A DNA stretch of 60,713 bases from Pyrodictium sp. (GTDB taxonomy: Archaea; Thermoproteota; Thermoprotei_A; Sulfolobales; Pyrodictiaceae): NCBI GenBank assembly GCA_015662475.1, contig DQUB01000055.1, forward strand, positions 1 to 60,713. The letters are read 5' to 3'. A program made the translations under genes and the position numbers. A model generated the notes under the pieces. It made no database searches. It was not told the DNA's origin and saw nothing but the letters and a program-made list of their open reading frames with translations. Shown here piece after piece: positions 20,141-29,323 of the stretch (position 1 is the stretch's first letter; the number at the start of each line of letters is the position of its first letter).

Positions 20141-21402
20141 CTCAACCTATTTCGTCTTAAAAGCATGTCTAAGGTTCTACTTGCTGAACTACGCTTAGAA
20201 GACACTCTTGCTATTGAAACGGGTGTCCACTCAATATCGATGCCATAGCGTTCTAAAACTATCTTCAAACCTTCACGCAACGCTTCACTTTCACTACCAC
20301 TACTTAAAACTGTTATTAGAGTGTCTGCAAGTTCTGCTAAACTTTTATCTCCCAATAGTTTCTCTAGAAGTTCAAGTCTGTCAAGAGGCTTTGTAACATG
20401 TTCTATACCCTCAACAGCTATTCCAATATCATCAGACTTCTTCTCAACGTAAACTCTATAGTCTAGAACAACACGTCTAAGGAAGCGCTCCAAAATGTTT
20501 AGAATTTTAGACTTGTTATATTCTCCGCCCACAACACGTACATAGACAAAGGGTTTCTTGCTAGTTCTACCTCTAGACACGATATCGGCTACAAAACGCT
20601 TTACCTTCAACTCCATAGAATCCACATCATCTATCACAAGCTCATATTGCGGTCTAACTTTTTGCAGTCTTATCTTCTGCCTATACGATACATTATTTCC
20701 AAGCTCTACCAGTACGACGTAGCGTTCAGGTTGCGCTCTAAACTCGTCTACTCGCATAACCTCTGGAGAGCCTGGATACACAGCAACACTATCGCCAATC
20801 TCAAACTCCTTGTATGTGTGAACATGGCCTAGGGCATAGTATGTATAGCCTTTTGGTATATCACCTAACTCCAACTCATAGTCAAAACACGAGCCTCGGA
20901 CACACTGGTGCAACAATAGGATGCTGGGCATGTTGGTTGGAGGATTTGACAGTTTTTTGAGTATAAGTTTAAGCGCACTACTAGAAGTCTTCTTTCTATT
21001 CCCAATACCAGCTACAAAAACTTCTCCTGACCGCGTTTTAACTGTGTAGGTAAGTCTTTGCTCGCTTATTCCAACAAGTCTAACATAGCCAAGCTCTTCT
21101 AGGAGTACTAAGGGTGGTAGAACACGACGTTTAGGCGTATCATGGTCACCTAATATTGCTATAAATGGGATGCCTTTTTCACGCAACCTTCTAAGATGCC
21201 TTATAGCAGTCAGTATTGCTTGAGGTGGAGGCCTTATAGAGTCGAAGAAGTCTCCTGAATGCACTACAAGATCAACGTGTTCTCTTAGAGCAATATCGAT
21301 AATCTCTTCAAATACATCGTACACATCATTTTCTCTCTCAACAATACCATATTGTCTATAACCTAGATGTGTGTCTGAAGTATGTAGCACGTGTACGCTC
21401 AT
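20137..21402 (-). CDS. mre11: DNA repair nuclease Mre11
   Basis: Phosphoesterase motifs HTSDTHLG, HSGDFFD, GDHD and GHVH. Confidence 0.95.
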   Translation of the reverse strand: MSVHVLHTSDTHLGYRQYGIVERENDVYDVFEEIIDIALREHVDLVVHSGDFFDSIRPPPQAILTAIRHLRRLREKGIPFIAILGDHDTPKRRVLPPLVLLEELGYVRLVGISEQRLTYTVKTRSGEVFVAGIGNRKKTSSSALKLILKKLSNPPTNMPSILLLHQCVRGSCFDYELELGDIPKGYTYYALGHVHTYKEFEIGDSVAVYPGSPEVMRVDEFRAQPERYVVLVELGNNVSYRQKIRLQKVRPQYELVIDDVDSMELKVKRFVADIVSRGRTSKKPFVYVRVVGGEYNKSKILNILERFLRRVVLDYRVYVEKKSDDIGIAVEGIEHVTKPLDRLELLEKLLGDKSLAELADTLITVLSSGSESEALREGLKIVLERYGIDIEWTPVSIARVSSKRSSASRTLDMLLRRNRLR

Positions 21403-21417
21403 AACATCTAACCTCCT

Positions 21418-22902
21418 TTAACGCGTAAACCCCTTTATCACAGCCTCAACCATTTCATCAACCACATCGTACTCCTCGCTTACTGATGACTGCCATTCTC
21501 TAACTATGTCTGGGTCTGCACCACCAAGTCTTCCCTGGAACTTGTCTATCTTAACAAGTGCTGGTACACGTACAAATGGGCCAATTAGTATTGCCTCACC
21601 CACATTTAAACCTGCAAGCTGTTCTGCAAGATCTTCACTCAAAGTCTCGCTTGCTTCTCTAATATACTTTTGATCTGAAGGCTCAACTATCTTTAAGACA
21701 ATCTTGTTGTTCATCTGGCTTAAAATGTCAACGTCTATAGATTTGGGTCTTTGGCTTACAATCGCTAAACCCACGCCAAACTTTCTACCCTCCCTCGCTA
21801 TCCTAGCCATCCAATACTTTGAAAGAGTGGTTCTATCCTTGGGCGCTAGTATGTGTGCTTCCTCTACGAAGATGAGTATTGGAACTGCTAAACCTTCTCC
21901 AAACCTTTTGTATCTTTTACGCTCATAGAGTATACGTCTTAGGAAGTGGCTTACAACAACATCGGCTGCCTCCTCATCAACACGACTCAGATCAACAATA
22001 TTTGCATAACCATACTTAATCCTACTAACAACGTCTACCACATTTTCGTCAAGTATATCTCGATACTTCTCTTGTAGAGACTCGATCTTGTTTAGCACAG
22101 CTGCAACAGCCTTTGGATCCTCTCTACCTTTTAAGCTTTCTACAGCTTTTATCAACCTATCAATGAAGCTACCCTCTCTAGACTCCATAGCTTTAGCATA
22201 TGCTCTACGGAGAACACGCTCTTGGTTATAGAACCTATGCTCTATACCTAGCAAAACCATTAGCTCAGACACAGTCAGTAGCTCTGGATTCAGTTTCGCA
22301 TCAATGACATTCACCTTGCCCCCTATTGTGGAGCCAACATATTCGCCATGAAAATCGAAGATTAAGACAGTACCACCAATCCTAACAATTCTATCTGCCA
22401 ACACTGCTACAGTGTTGCTTTTACCAGCACCCGTTACAGCAAGTATAGCTAGATGTCTCGTTACAAGCTTGTTTACATCAACGTAGACCGGAACTTCAGG
22501 TCGAGAGAGTAGTGTGCCTATACGTATCATACGAGGTTCTTTACCACCAAACACTTTCTCAAGTATATGCTGAGGCGCCCTATATACCGGCGAACCTGGT
22601 GGTGGCGGTATACGTGGAAGCTCAAATCTTGCTATGTCGCCTATAAGCTTAATTTTACCCTCAAAGAAATTGTCGCCAATTCTACCTTTCAAAAGCCTAG
22701 ATATGACCGTAGGATCTTTTACTCCATCCATTACAGAGAAAGCTGTGTTTCTTGCTCCAACCCATTCAATCATACCCAACACTTGCAAACCATTACCATA
22801 ATTGATTACCACATAATCGCCTAGGAGTGGTGGTTTATCCGAAACAAAACGTACTACCGATGGTGTTGACTCGTCTAACACGTATCCTATAGGCTTTGAC
22901 AA
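21418..22902 (-). CDS. herA: HerA-type hexameric DNA helicase/translocase
   Basis: N-terminal barrel region, Walker A TGAGKSNTV, Walker B IFVEEAH. Positioned directly upstream of mre11-rad50. Confidence 0.9.
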   Translation of the reverse strand: MSKPIGYVLDESTPSVVRFVSDKPPLLGDYVVINYGNGLQVLGMIEWVGARNTAFSVMDGVKDPTVISRLLKGRIGDNFFEGKIKLIGDIARFELPRIPPPPGSPVYRAPQHILEKVFGGKEPRMIRIGTLLSRPEVPVYVDVNKLVTRHLAILAVTGAGKSNTVAVLADRIVRIGGTVLIFDFHGEYVGSTIGGKVNVIDAKLNPELLTVSELMVLLGIEHRFYNQERVLRRAYAKAMESREGSFIDRLIKAVESLKGREDPKAVAAVLNKIESLQEKYRDILDENVVDVVSRIKYGYANIVDLSRVDEEAADVVVSHFLRRILYERKRYKRFGEGLAVPILIFVEEAHILAPKDRTTLSKYWMARIAREGRKFGVGLAIVSQRPKSIDVDILSQMNNKIVLKIVEPSDQKYIREASETLSEDLAEQLAGLNVGEAILIGPFVRVPALVKIDKFQGRLGGADPDIVREWQSSVSEEYDVVDEMVEAVIKGFTR

Positions 22903-22948
22903 GCAATCCCCACTCTAGAGTTTAGAACCAAGTAATATCGGATAACTT

Positions 22949-23527
22949 TTAAGGAGAAAGGCATGTCAATCGGCTACTGTTACGCGAATATATTTGATTA
23001 GGTCTAACAACACTTATAGCGACATATTTCTGCGATCCTCCGTAAACGCTAACACTTTTAACTAGGACTATAATTGTTGGATTTGTGAGATCAACGCTAT
23101 ACTTCTTCTCGCAACTAGCAACTATTGCGTTTACAACATCTAACTTATGAAGCTTCTTCTTCACATCTACATCAACTATGCTGCCTTCAACTCTAATTGC
23201 AATCTTATCGCCTTCCAGAACCTTTTCACTTAATATTCTACAAGCTTCTCTAGCGAACATACTGGTTTTTGGCTGACACACAATGTCTACAGGGATTATG
23301 CGTAGCAGAAATGGTTCATTTACAAACTTCTCACAGTTCTTTTCAACAAACTTGAAGGGGTCTTCGTAGAGTCTTAAGAATAGTACATGTTGAGATGAAC
23401 CAAAAATACTGTAACGTGTTAAACTCGAAAGAAATCTTTCAACTCTGCTTCGAGCACCCCATCGAGGCTCAAACACAACTATTAGGTTGAACAGCTGTTT
23501 ACATAGTCTTTGCAAGGTTTGTCTCAC
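22949..23527 (-). CDS. small THUMP-domain protein (Tan1/COG1818-like)
   Basis: Family-like blocks LIVVFEPRWG, RIIPVD, IAIRVEG and VDLTNPTIIVLVKSV...AISVV. Start overlaps the upstream stop by 4 nt. Confidence 0.65.
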   Translation of the reverse strand: MRQTLQRLCKQLFNLIVVFEPRWGARSRVERFLSSLTRYSIFGSSQHVLFLRLYEDPFKFVEKNCEKFVNEPFLLRIIPVDIVCQPKTSMFAREACRILSEKVLEGDKIAIRVEGSIVDVDVKKKLHKLDVVNAIVASCEKKYSVDLTNPTIIVLVKSVSVYGGSQKYVAISVVRPNQIYSRNSSRLTCLSP

Positions 23528-25506
23528 ACCTTGGCTGCTTCTAGTGAAGCCATATACTCATCAAAGCTCTTCACCACTACTGTTCCATAGCCAACTATTA
23601 TGATTTTATCGGGAGACAAGGCTTTGAGCACTTCTAGACGATTTGTCGCTACTACTAACGTTATACCTGCATTGCGACAAAGTTGCGACAATTTTCGAGC
23701 TACACGCTGTGCAGTTTGAGGGTCCAAATGAGCTGCAAACTCGTCTACAACTAGCAGATTTGGTTTTGATGCTATAAGACTTGCAAGTTTTGCTCTCTCC
23801 TTCTGACCTGTAGACAGCTCCGTGATCTTAGCCCTATAGAATATCGCGTCTGAAAGCCCAACAGCATTTAATATCTCAACTGCAGTAGCTGCATCGCCAG
23901 TTTTACGCGAAATATGTTCAAGTATTGTTTCTTCGCCAAATTCAGGCTCATGTTCACCCGGCAACAGGTATTCAACTTTAGCATTCTTAGGAACCTTTAT
24001 AACACCCTCCGAAGGTCTATAATTTTCATCCTCCATCTGCTTTACTGCCCCTATTAGGAGTCTCAATAGCGTTGTTTTGCCTGCACCAGAAGCTCCTACA
24101 ACTGCCACAATTTCTCCAGGCTCTATTCTAAGGTTTACATCACGCAAGACATATCGTTCAACTACACGTCTTTCTGCACCAAAAGCCTTTAACACATCTT
24201 GTAATTCTTTAGACAACTTTGCAACGTCCAAGACATTACGATACTTTTTCGTAACATTCTCAAAGACTATTGGTCCGCTAAGCTTCTCAACCTTGCCAAA
24301 TCGTGGAACGAATAGCTTGCCTCTATGCTGTTTCGCTATAGGATCTTTTCTTAGAAACTCTTCTATCCTCCTCCTCGCCTCTTCAGTTAATGGGTACATT
24401 AGGACGGGTCTACCACTCGCTGTATCCCACATGTAGACAAAGCCTGCTTTTTCAAAGAACGGGTTGTATCTTGCCATTTGCGCTATTGTTTCAACTACAT
24501 GCTTCTTGCGTTTCATTTCAGGTATTCTTCTCTCTGCAATCCACTGTACAGCGAGTTTAACGGCTAAAACGCCAAGTCCATCACCTCTATAGTCGGGGTG
24601 TATCACTACACGAGCTATGCGTGCTGCAGCAGTATTAGCTCTGCGCAGCGCCTCTTCAGCTATTTCCTCACCTACAACAGCTCTTGCAATACGTTTACTG
24701 CCATAAAGTTCTGCTAGTTGTTTATACCTCCTAATTATCTCTAGACGACGTGTATAGGCTAGAGGCCAAAAGGTTGGGTGAAACCAGTCCTTGGGAAACA
24801 CCTTCTCCCTAATCATTTTCTCTATCCTAACAGAGCCATTGACAACGACGCGTCTATGCATGAGAGGAATCGGAGTATCAACTCTTACGTAGCCAACAAC
24901 TCTTGGTTCATGAGGCTCTCTTACAGCTAGTTCGAGGATCAAAAATCTTGAGGATGGTAGACTACCTCTAATTTCCTGCAGTTTTGTTGGAACACCATCC
25001 TCGGGACAGCTAGGCTGAACATTTGACTGGAAGTATTTGCCACATATAGGACACTTCCAAATAGCTACTATCTCTTCTCTGCTAGCGTAGTGGTATTGTT
25101 CTAACGCAACTATCTCTTGGTAATCCTCCTCGAATACTGCTTCTCGAGCAACCACAACGTACTCGTAGATTGGCTTGCCTCGAACAGGATCGCTTCTAAC
25201 TAGACGCACCTCTTTCCTCCAAGGAGGCCAAACTTGGATTCGTTCACCTTCCCATACCCTCCAAAGCAAGAACGAATCTCTTTCAGCAATGTTCACGCCA
25301 TCAACGTGGTCGGGTTCACGGAGCAGTTTCAGTATAAGTTTTTCACCAGGTGCAAGCCAACGAGCTATACTAGCTGGCATAAGAAGGCATAAACGTGCAG
25401 ACTCATAGCGAACTAGAAGACAGCCTTGCCATCTAACGCCTACACGCGGTACAACAACCTTCTCCACTAGAACCTCAACCTCTTTCAACACTGGTATACT
25501 CTGCAC
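23524..25506 (-). CDS. ABC-type ATPase fused to a GNAT acetyltransferase domain (COG2401-like)
   Basis: Zinc-ribbon-like CPICG...CPEDG. GNAT motif IHPDYRGDGLG. ABC Walker A GASGAGKTT, signature LSTGQKERAKLA, Walker B LLVVDEFAAHLD. No transporter partners nearby. Confidence 0.85.
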   Translation of the reverse strand: MQSIPVLKEVEVLVEKVVVPRVGVRWQGCLLVRYESARLCLLMPASIARWLAPGEKLILKLLREPDHVDGVNIAERDSFLLWRVWEGERIQVWPPWRKEVRLVRSDPVRGKPIYEYVVVAREAVFEEDYQEIVALEQYHYASREEIVAIWKCPICGKYFQSNVQPSCPEDGVPTKLQEIRGSLPSSRFLILELAVREPHEPRVVGYVRVDTPIPLMHRRVVVNGSVRIEKMIREKVFPKDWFHPTFWPLAYTRRLEIIRRYKQLAELYGSKRIARAVVGEEIAEEALRRANTAAARIARVVIHPDYRGDGLGVLAVKLAVQWIAERRIPEMKRKKHVVETIAQMARYNPFFEKAGFVYMWDTASGRPVLMYPLTEEARRRIEEFLRKDPIAKQHRGKLFVPRFGKVEKLSGPIVFENVTKKYRNVLDVAKLSKELQDVLKAFGAERRVVERYVLRDVNLRIEPGEIVAVVGASGAGKTTLLRLLIGAVKQMEDENYRPSEGVIKVPKNAKVEYLLPGEHEPEFGEETILEHISRKTGDAATAVEILNAVGLSDAIFYRAKITELSTGQKERAKLASLIASKPNLLVVDEFAAHLDPQTAQRVARKLSQLCRNAGITLVVATNRLEVLKALSPDKIIIVGYGTVVVKSFDEYMASLEAAKV

Positions 25507-26066
25507 AGCTTCTCAGCCCCACCACCCTCCTTACAAACTCTGTAAAGCTTCTTCAATCTTTCAACACCACCTATATCCTCAATAATTTTTGCAACACTTG
25601 ATGGCACCAACTCCTTCCATCTCTCGTCTCCAGCAACAATCATTAACCGTATCTTCTCCCCCGCAAACACCTCTCTACGGAACAACGGTGGGTTTATGAC
25701 ATTCACCCCTATATCACGTGCAACAGACTCCACAATAGGATTACGAGTTGCTATTGCGTGGATAGGGGGAGACAGCATGAGTATGTAGTGTAGCGAGGCA
25801 ATATTCACTTCTAGTGTTGGCGCGGTAATTGTAATGATCTTTGATAGGTCTATGCCTTTTTCGCGCAAAGCTTCTCTAATCATCATGATTCGCTCGCCAG
25901 CTGTAAAAGGGTTCCTCCATGTATGGCTCTCACTAGCCATTCCAATAACAACTACAACTTCGTCAAAGCGCTCTAGCAACCACTCTATAACCGCTAAATG
26001 CCCTTTGTGGAATGGTTGAAAACGACCTATAAAGAGAACCCTACTCAAAGCCATTCTGGGACCCAT
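25485..26066 (-). CDS. nadM: nicotinamide-nucleotide adenylyltransferase, archaeal type
   Basis: FIGRFQPFHKGHL nucleotidyltransferase motif. About 190 aa. Confidence 0.9.
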   Translation of the reverse strand: MGPRMALSRVLFIGRFQPFHKGHLAVIEWLLERFDEVVVVIGMASESHTWRNPFTAGERIMMIREALREKGIDLSKIITITAPTLEVNIASLHYILMLSPPIHAIATRNPIVESVARDIGVNVINPPLFRREVFAGEKIRLMIVAGDERWKELVPSSVAKIIEDIGGVERLKKLYRVCKEGGGAEKLCRVYQC

Positions 26067-27218
26067 GTGAGCAAGACAAGGATATGCTTCGTAGTAAACC
26101 CTATTGCTGGTATGGGAGGACCCTTAGCCCTAAAAGGTACTGATGGTAGAGCTAGATGGGAAGCAATAAGACGAGGTGCCAAACCTGTTTCTCCTGAGCG
26201 TGCAAAGAGGTTTCTTGATAGGCTGGAAAAACTTGGAGTACTAGAGTCAATAGAGTTTTACACCGCCACAGGGTCTATGGGCGAGGAACTGCTAAGAGAA
26301 TACAGTGTAGACTATAGGATTGTCAACGTTGTTGCTAACCCAACTGTTGCTGCAGACACTATTGAGACTGTCATAAGGTGTTGTAGGCAAGGCGTCGATC
26401 TAATAGTCTTTTGCGGAGGTGATGGAACTGCTAGAGATGTAGCCTTGGCTTTGGCTAGCGAGGATCGTAAAGATGTGCCGCTTTTGGGGATTCCATCTGG
26501 CGTGAAAATGTACAGCAGCATCTTCGCTGTAAATCCTGAAGCAGCTGCACAAGCCGTTGCAGAATTTGTTCAGTCTGGAAAAACCACGTGTTGTTGTGAA
26601 GGAGAAGTTGTAGATGTAGATGAAGAAGCGTTTCGGAAAAACATATTGAATGTGAAAATGTTTGCATTAACACAAACTCTCTGCTCGAGATATCTGGTTG
26701 GGATATCGAAACAACCTACGCCAGAAACTCCCGATGAAGAGGAGAATCGAAGAGCTATAGCCAACCACGTACTCGAATACTACGTGAAACCATGCACCCT
26801 CATAATACTCGGACCTGGAACTACCACAAAAGCTATTGCAGATGCGCTTGGCGTAGAGAAAACACTTCTTGGAGTAGATGTCATTCACAACGGGAAACTT
26901 GTAGCAAAAGATGTTGATGGACCTACACTAGAAAAGATTGTCGAGGAGCACTTGAAACGAGGAGGACATGTACTGATCATAGTATCTCCTATAGGTGGGC
27001 AAGGCTTTATATTCGGACGCGGAAACCAACAAATAACACCACGTGTACTCAAACTTGTTGGACGTAACAATATTTTGGTTGTTGCAACACGCTCTAAAAT
27101 CTCTAAACTTAAAAAACTACGTATTGATACTGGCGACCCAGAACTCGACGAAACACTCAAAGGCTATATCAGGGTAGTTGTAGACTACGACGAGGAAGTA
27201 ATTATGAAGGTTGAATGA
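26067..27218 (+). CDS. ATP-NAD kinase-like protein (COG3199 family)
   Basis: NPIAGMGG and GGDGTARDV motifs. The ORF is open from 25998, but that part overlaps nadM. GTG at 26067 or ATG at 26109 is the more likely start. Confidence 0.8.
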   Translation: MSKTRICFVVNPIAGMGGPLALKGTDGRARWEAIRRGAKPVSPERAKRFLDRLEKLGVLESIEFYTATGSMGEELLREYSVDYRIVNVVANPTVAADTIETVIRCCRQGVDLIVFCGGDGTARDVALALASEDRKDVPLLGIPSGVKMYSSIFAVNPEAAAQAVAEFVQSGKTTCCCEGEVVDVDEEAFRKNILNVKMFALTQTLCSRYLVGISKQPTPETPDEEENRRAIANHVLEYYVKPCTLIILGPGTTTKAIADALGVEKTLLGVDVIHNGKLVAKDVDGPTLEKIVEEHLKRGGHVLIIVSPIGGQGFIFGRGNQQITPRVLKLVGRNNILVVATRSKISKLKKLRIDTGDPELDETLKGYIRVVVDYDEEVIMKVE

Positions 27219-27832
27219 GGGCAAAAAGCATGCTACCTCACACACTCCTCAGACCACTACAAATTGTGGAACCACTAGCTCTTCTAATAGCCGCCATTGC
27301 AGCAGCCATAGCGCTAGGCGGTCCTCAGGTCGTATTAGCCCTATACTACGACGCTTTAAGCTATCACTCCGGCATAATCCTAGGCGCTATTTCTGGAATG
27401 ATCCTCCACGAACTAGCACATAAGTACTGTGCAATTAGAGAAGGTTGCCGTGCATCATATGTTTTAACACCCTTCGGTCTAACCATAACATTGTTATCAG
27501 GTTTCATCCCATTTATAGCAATAATAAGTCCAGGTTATGTAGCTATAATGTGCTATCCAACCTCATGGCTTCCCCGTGAACCACGAGAAGACCTTATAGC
27601 TGCAAGCGGTGTTGCCGTAAACCTCATACTATCGTTTATAGCTAGATTGGCACAATCAATAACACCTTTCAGCTTTCACTCCTTCCTGACAGGATTTGCA
27701 CATATAAATGCTTGGATGGCATTCTTCAACCTCCTACCCATACCGCCATTTGATGGTTATCGTATGATAAACAGGATGGCTAGTCTATGGCTAGTAATGT
27801 TCGTAGTGTCTATCCTCATGACATATTACTAG
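27215..27832 (+). CDS. site-2 protease family (M50) membrane metalloprotease
   Basis: HELAHK zinc motif in a TM segment plus NLLPIPPFDG. 4-nt overlap with the upstream gene. Confidence 0.8.
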   Translation: MRAKSMLPHTLLRPLQIVEPLALLIAAIAAAIALGGPQVVLALYYDALSYHSGIILGAISGMILHELAHKYCAIREGCRASYVLTPFGLTITLLSGFIPFIAIISPGYVAIMCYPTSWLPREPREDLIAASGVAVNLILSFIARLAQSITPFSFHSFLTGFAHINAWMAFFNLLPIPPFDGYRMINRMASLWLVMFVVSILMTYY

Positions 27833-27880
27833 CCCCAATTCCACTAATGTTTAACATGTTTTAAACTATGTGTAGGGAGA

Positions 27881-28630
27881 GTGCCAGAAAAAGAAGTTGC
27901 GTGGAATTTAACAGAGCAAAAAGAACGTTATAGAAGAGAACAGGGGCCACGAAGTCCTCTAGTAGAAGCCATCGCCGTCCTCCTTCTTGCACGGCCTATG
28001 AGAGCAGCTGAAATAGCACAAACACTAGGCTATCCAACACGCTACATCAGCAGCTATCTTAGCTATTGGAAAGCTAGAGGTTATTTCGAAAATGTGAGTG
28101 GTTATTGGCAACTTACTGCGAAAGGCGAGGAGTTTGCGAGACAGGTTATAGAAAAGAGGCTCAACGGTAGAGTATCACAATTTGCAGCGCTTGCACGCCA
28201 GATAATAGAAGATGTGTGGGGTGAACAGATTAAACAGACAAGAAACCGCAAAAGAGTGGGCAAGCCAGCCGAGCAATCATCTCAATTCTTGCCGTTTATT
28301 GCTGCTGATAAAGGTAAAAGCGGCAATAAACGAAAAACGGCTATCCATCCTATCCACTGTCTAGCAAGTATTATAGATGTTGACGAGCTTTCTGATGAAG
28401 AGCTTGAAATATTAGAAATAATGATCAACCATTATGTGAAGTGGGGCTCCACATACATGTATATAGACCAACTACAACAAAAGTTGGATGCTGACCCAGC
28501 ATGGCTACTTAAAGTATTGAAAAGTTTACAGTCAAAAGGCATCATATACATCTACAACGATCGCCGTTTAGGCACAAGAATAGGTTTTTCAAAAAGACTT
28601 AGGGATCAAATCACAACATGTAAACCCTAA
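27881..28630 (+). CDS. hypothetical protein with N- and C-terminal winged-helix-like segments
   Basis: MRAAEIAQTLGYPTRYISSYLSYWKARGYFE and LLKVLKSLQSKGIIYIY resemble wHTH recognition regions. GTG start. Confidence 0.6.
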   Translation: MPEKEVAWNLTEQKERYRREQGPRSPLVEAIAVLLLARPMRAAEIAQTLGYPTRYISSYLSYWKARGYFENVSGYWQLTAKGEEFARQVIEKRLNGRVSQFAALARQIIEDVWGEQIKQTRNRKRVGKPAEQSSQFLPFIAADKGKSGNKRKTAIHPIHCLASIIDVDELSDEELEILEIMINHYVKWGSTYMYIDQLQQKLDADPAWLLKVLKSLQSKGIIYIYNDRRLGTRIGFSKRLRDQITTCKP

Positions 28631-28941
28631 CAAGACTACTACCTACCTCCATAACCCTCCAATTAGTAATACAGAACCCGGCATACCAGCCTCTTCTTGA
28701 GTGCAACTTTAAAGAGAATGCCATTGGTGTACACCAAATATCGCTTCTCTAACCCTAATCCTCTCATCAATCCAAATATAGTTTAGCCAAACAATATAGA
28801 GATACAACAAAAATGTGTAAATCAAAATAGCAAATGTTTAAACTTCCAATAAAATGTCATTGTTGAGGCACAATATTGCTCTGTAAAAAGGAGAGCAGTG
28901 GGATGAGATAACACCTGCCTGTGGTAGTAGTGGTAGTGGTT

Positions 28942-29157
28942 TTAGAGGCCAAAAGCTCTTCTTCTGTTACGTAGCTTTACATCCCAATAGAGTTTTTTGA
29001 TTTCATGTGTTAGTTTTGTTTCAATTTTTGTACCGTTTTTTAAAAGTATAATTACCGTATTTGATTTTATGATCATGTCAAGTATGTTATTTATATCAAG
29101 AGGTGGCTGCAATGTAGTATCTATGGAATGCTGAGAAGATACATGGTCTGCTCGCAT
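28942..29157 (-). CDS. hypothetical small protein
   Basis: 71-aa ORF in an otherwise non-coding ~690-nt gap. GGAGGTGG Shine-Dalgarno-like sequence sits about 12 nt upstream of the ATG. Confidence 0.4.
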   Translation of the reverse strand: MRADHVSSQHSIDTTLQPPLDINNILDMIIKSNTVIILLKNGTKIETKLTHEIKKLYWDVKLRNRRRAFGL

Positions 29158-29230
29158 AATGTGTCTTGGCCACCTCCGCTAGAATATTTGGTAGGGGTTT
29201 GGGATGTTTAAAAAGTTAGTGTATGTGGGG

Positions 29231-29295
29231 ATGAAGATGTTTATGGGGACTGAAACTTTGACTGTTTTGATATGATGATTGGGGACCTCGCCTGA
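29231..29295 (+). ncRNA. candidate box C/D sRNA
   Basis: ATGAAGA-12nt-CTGA-18nt-ATGATGA-13nt-CTGA with a GGG/CCC terminal stem. The C box is degenerate and the internal loop is long. Confidence 0.35.
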
Positions 29296-29323
29296 CCCAA
29301 AACACCATTTTCATGGATTGTCA

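Noticed and set aside
28724-28737. Perfect 14-bp palindrome TTGGTGTACACCAA.
   Set aside because: A few perfect 14-bp palindromes are expected by chance in 60 kb (about 60000/4^7). It has no supporting context.
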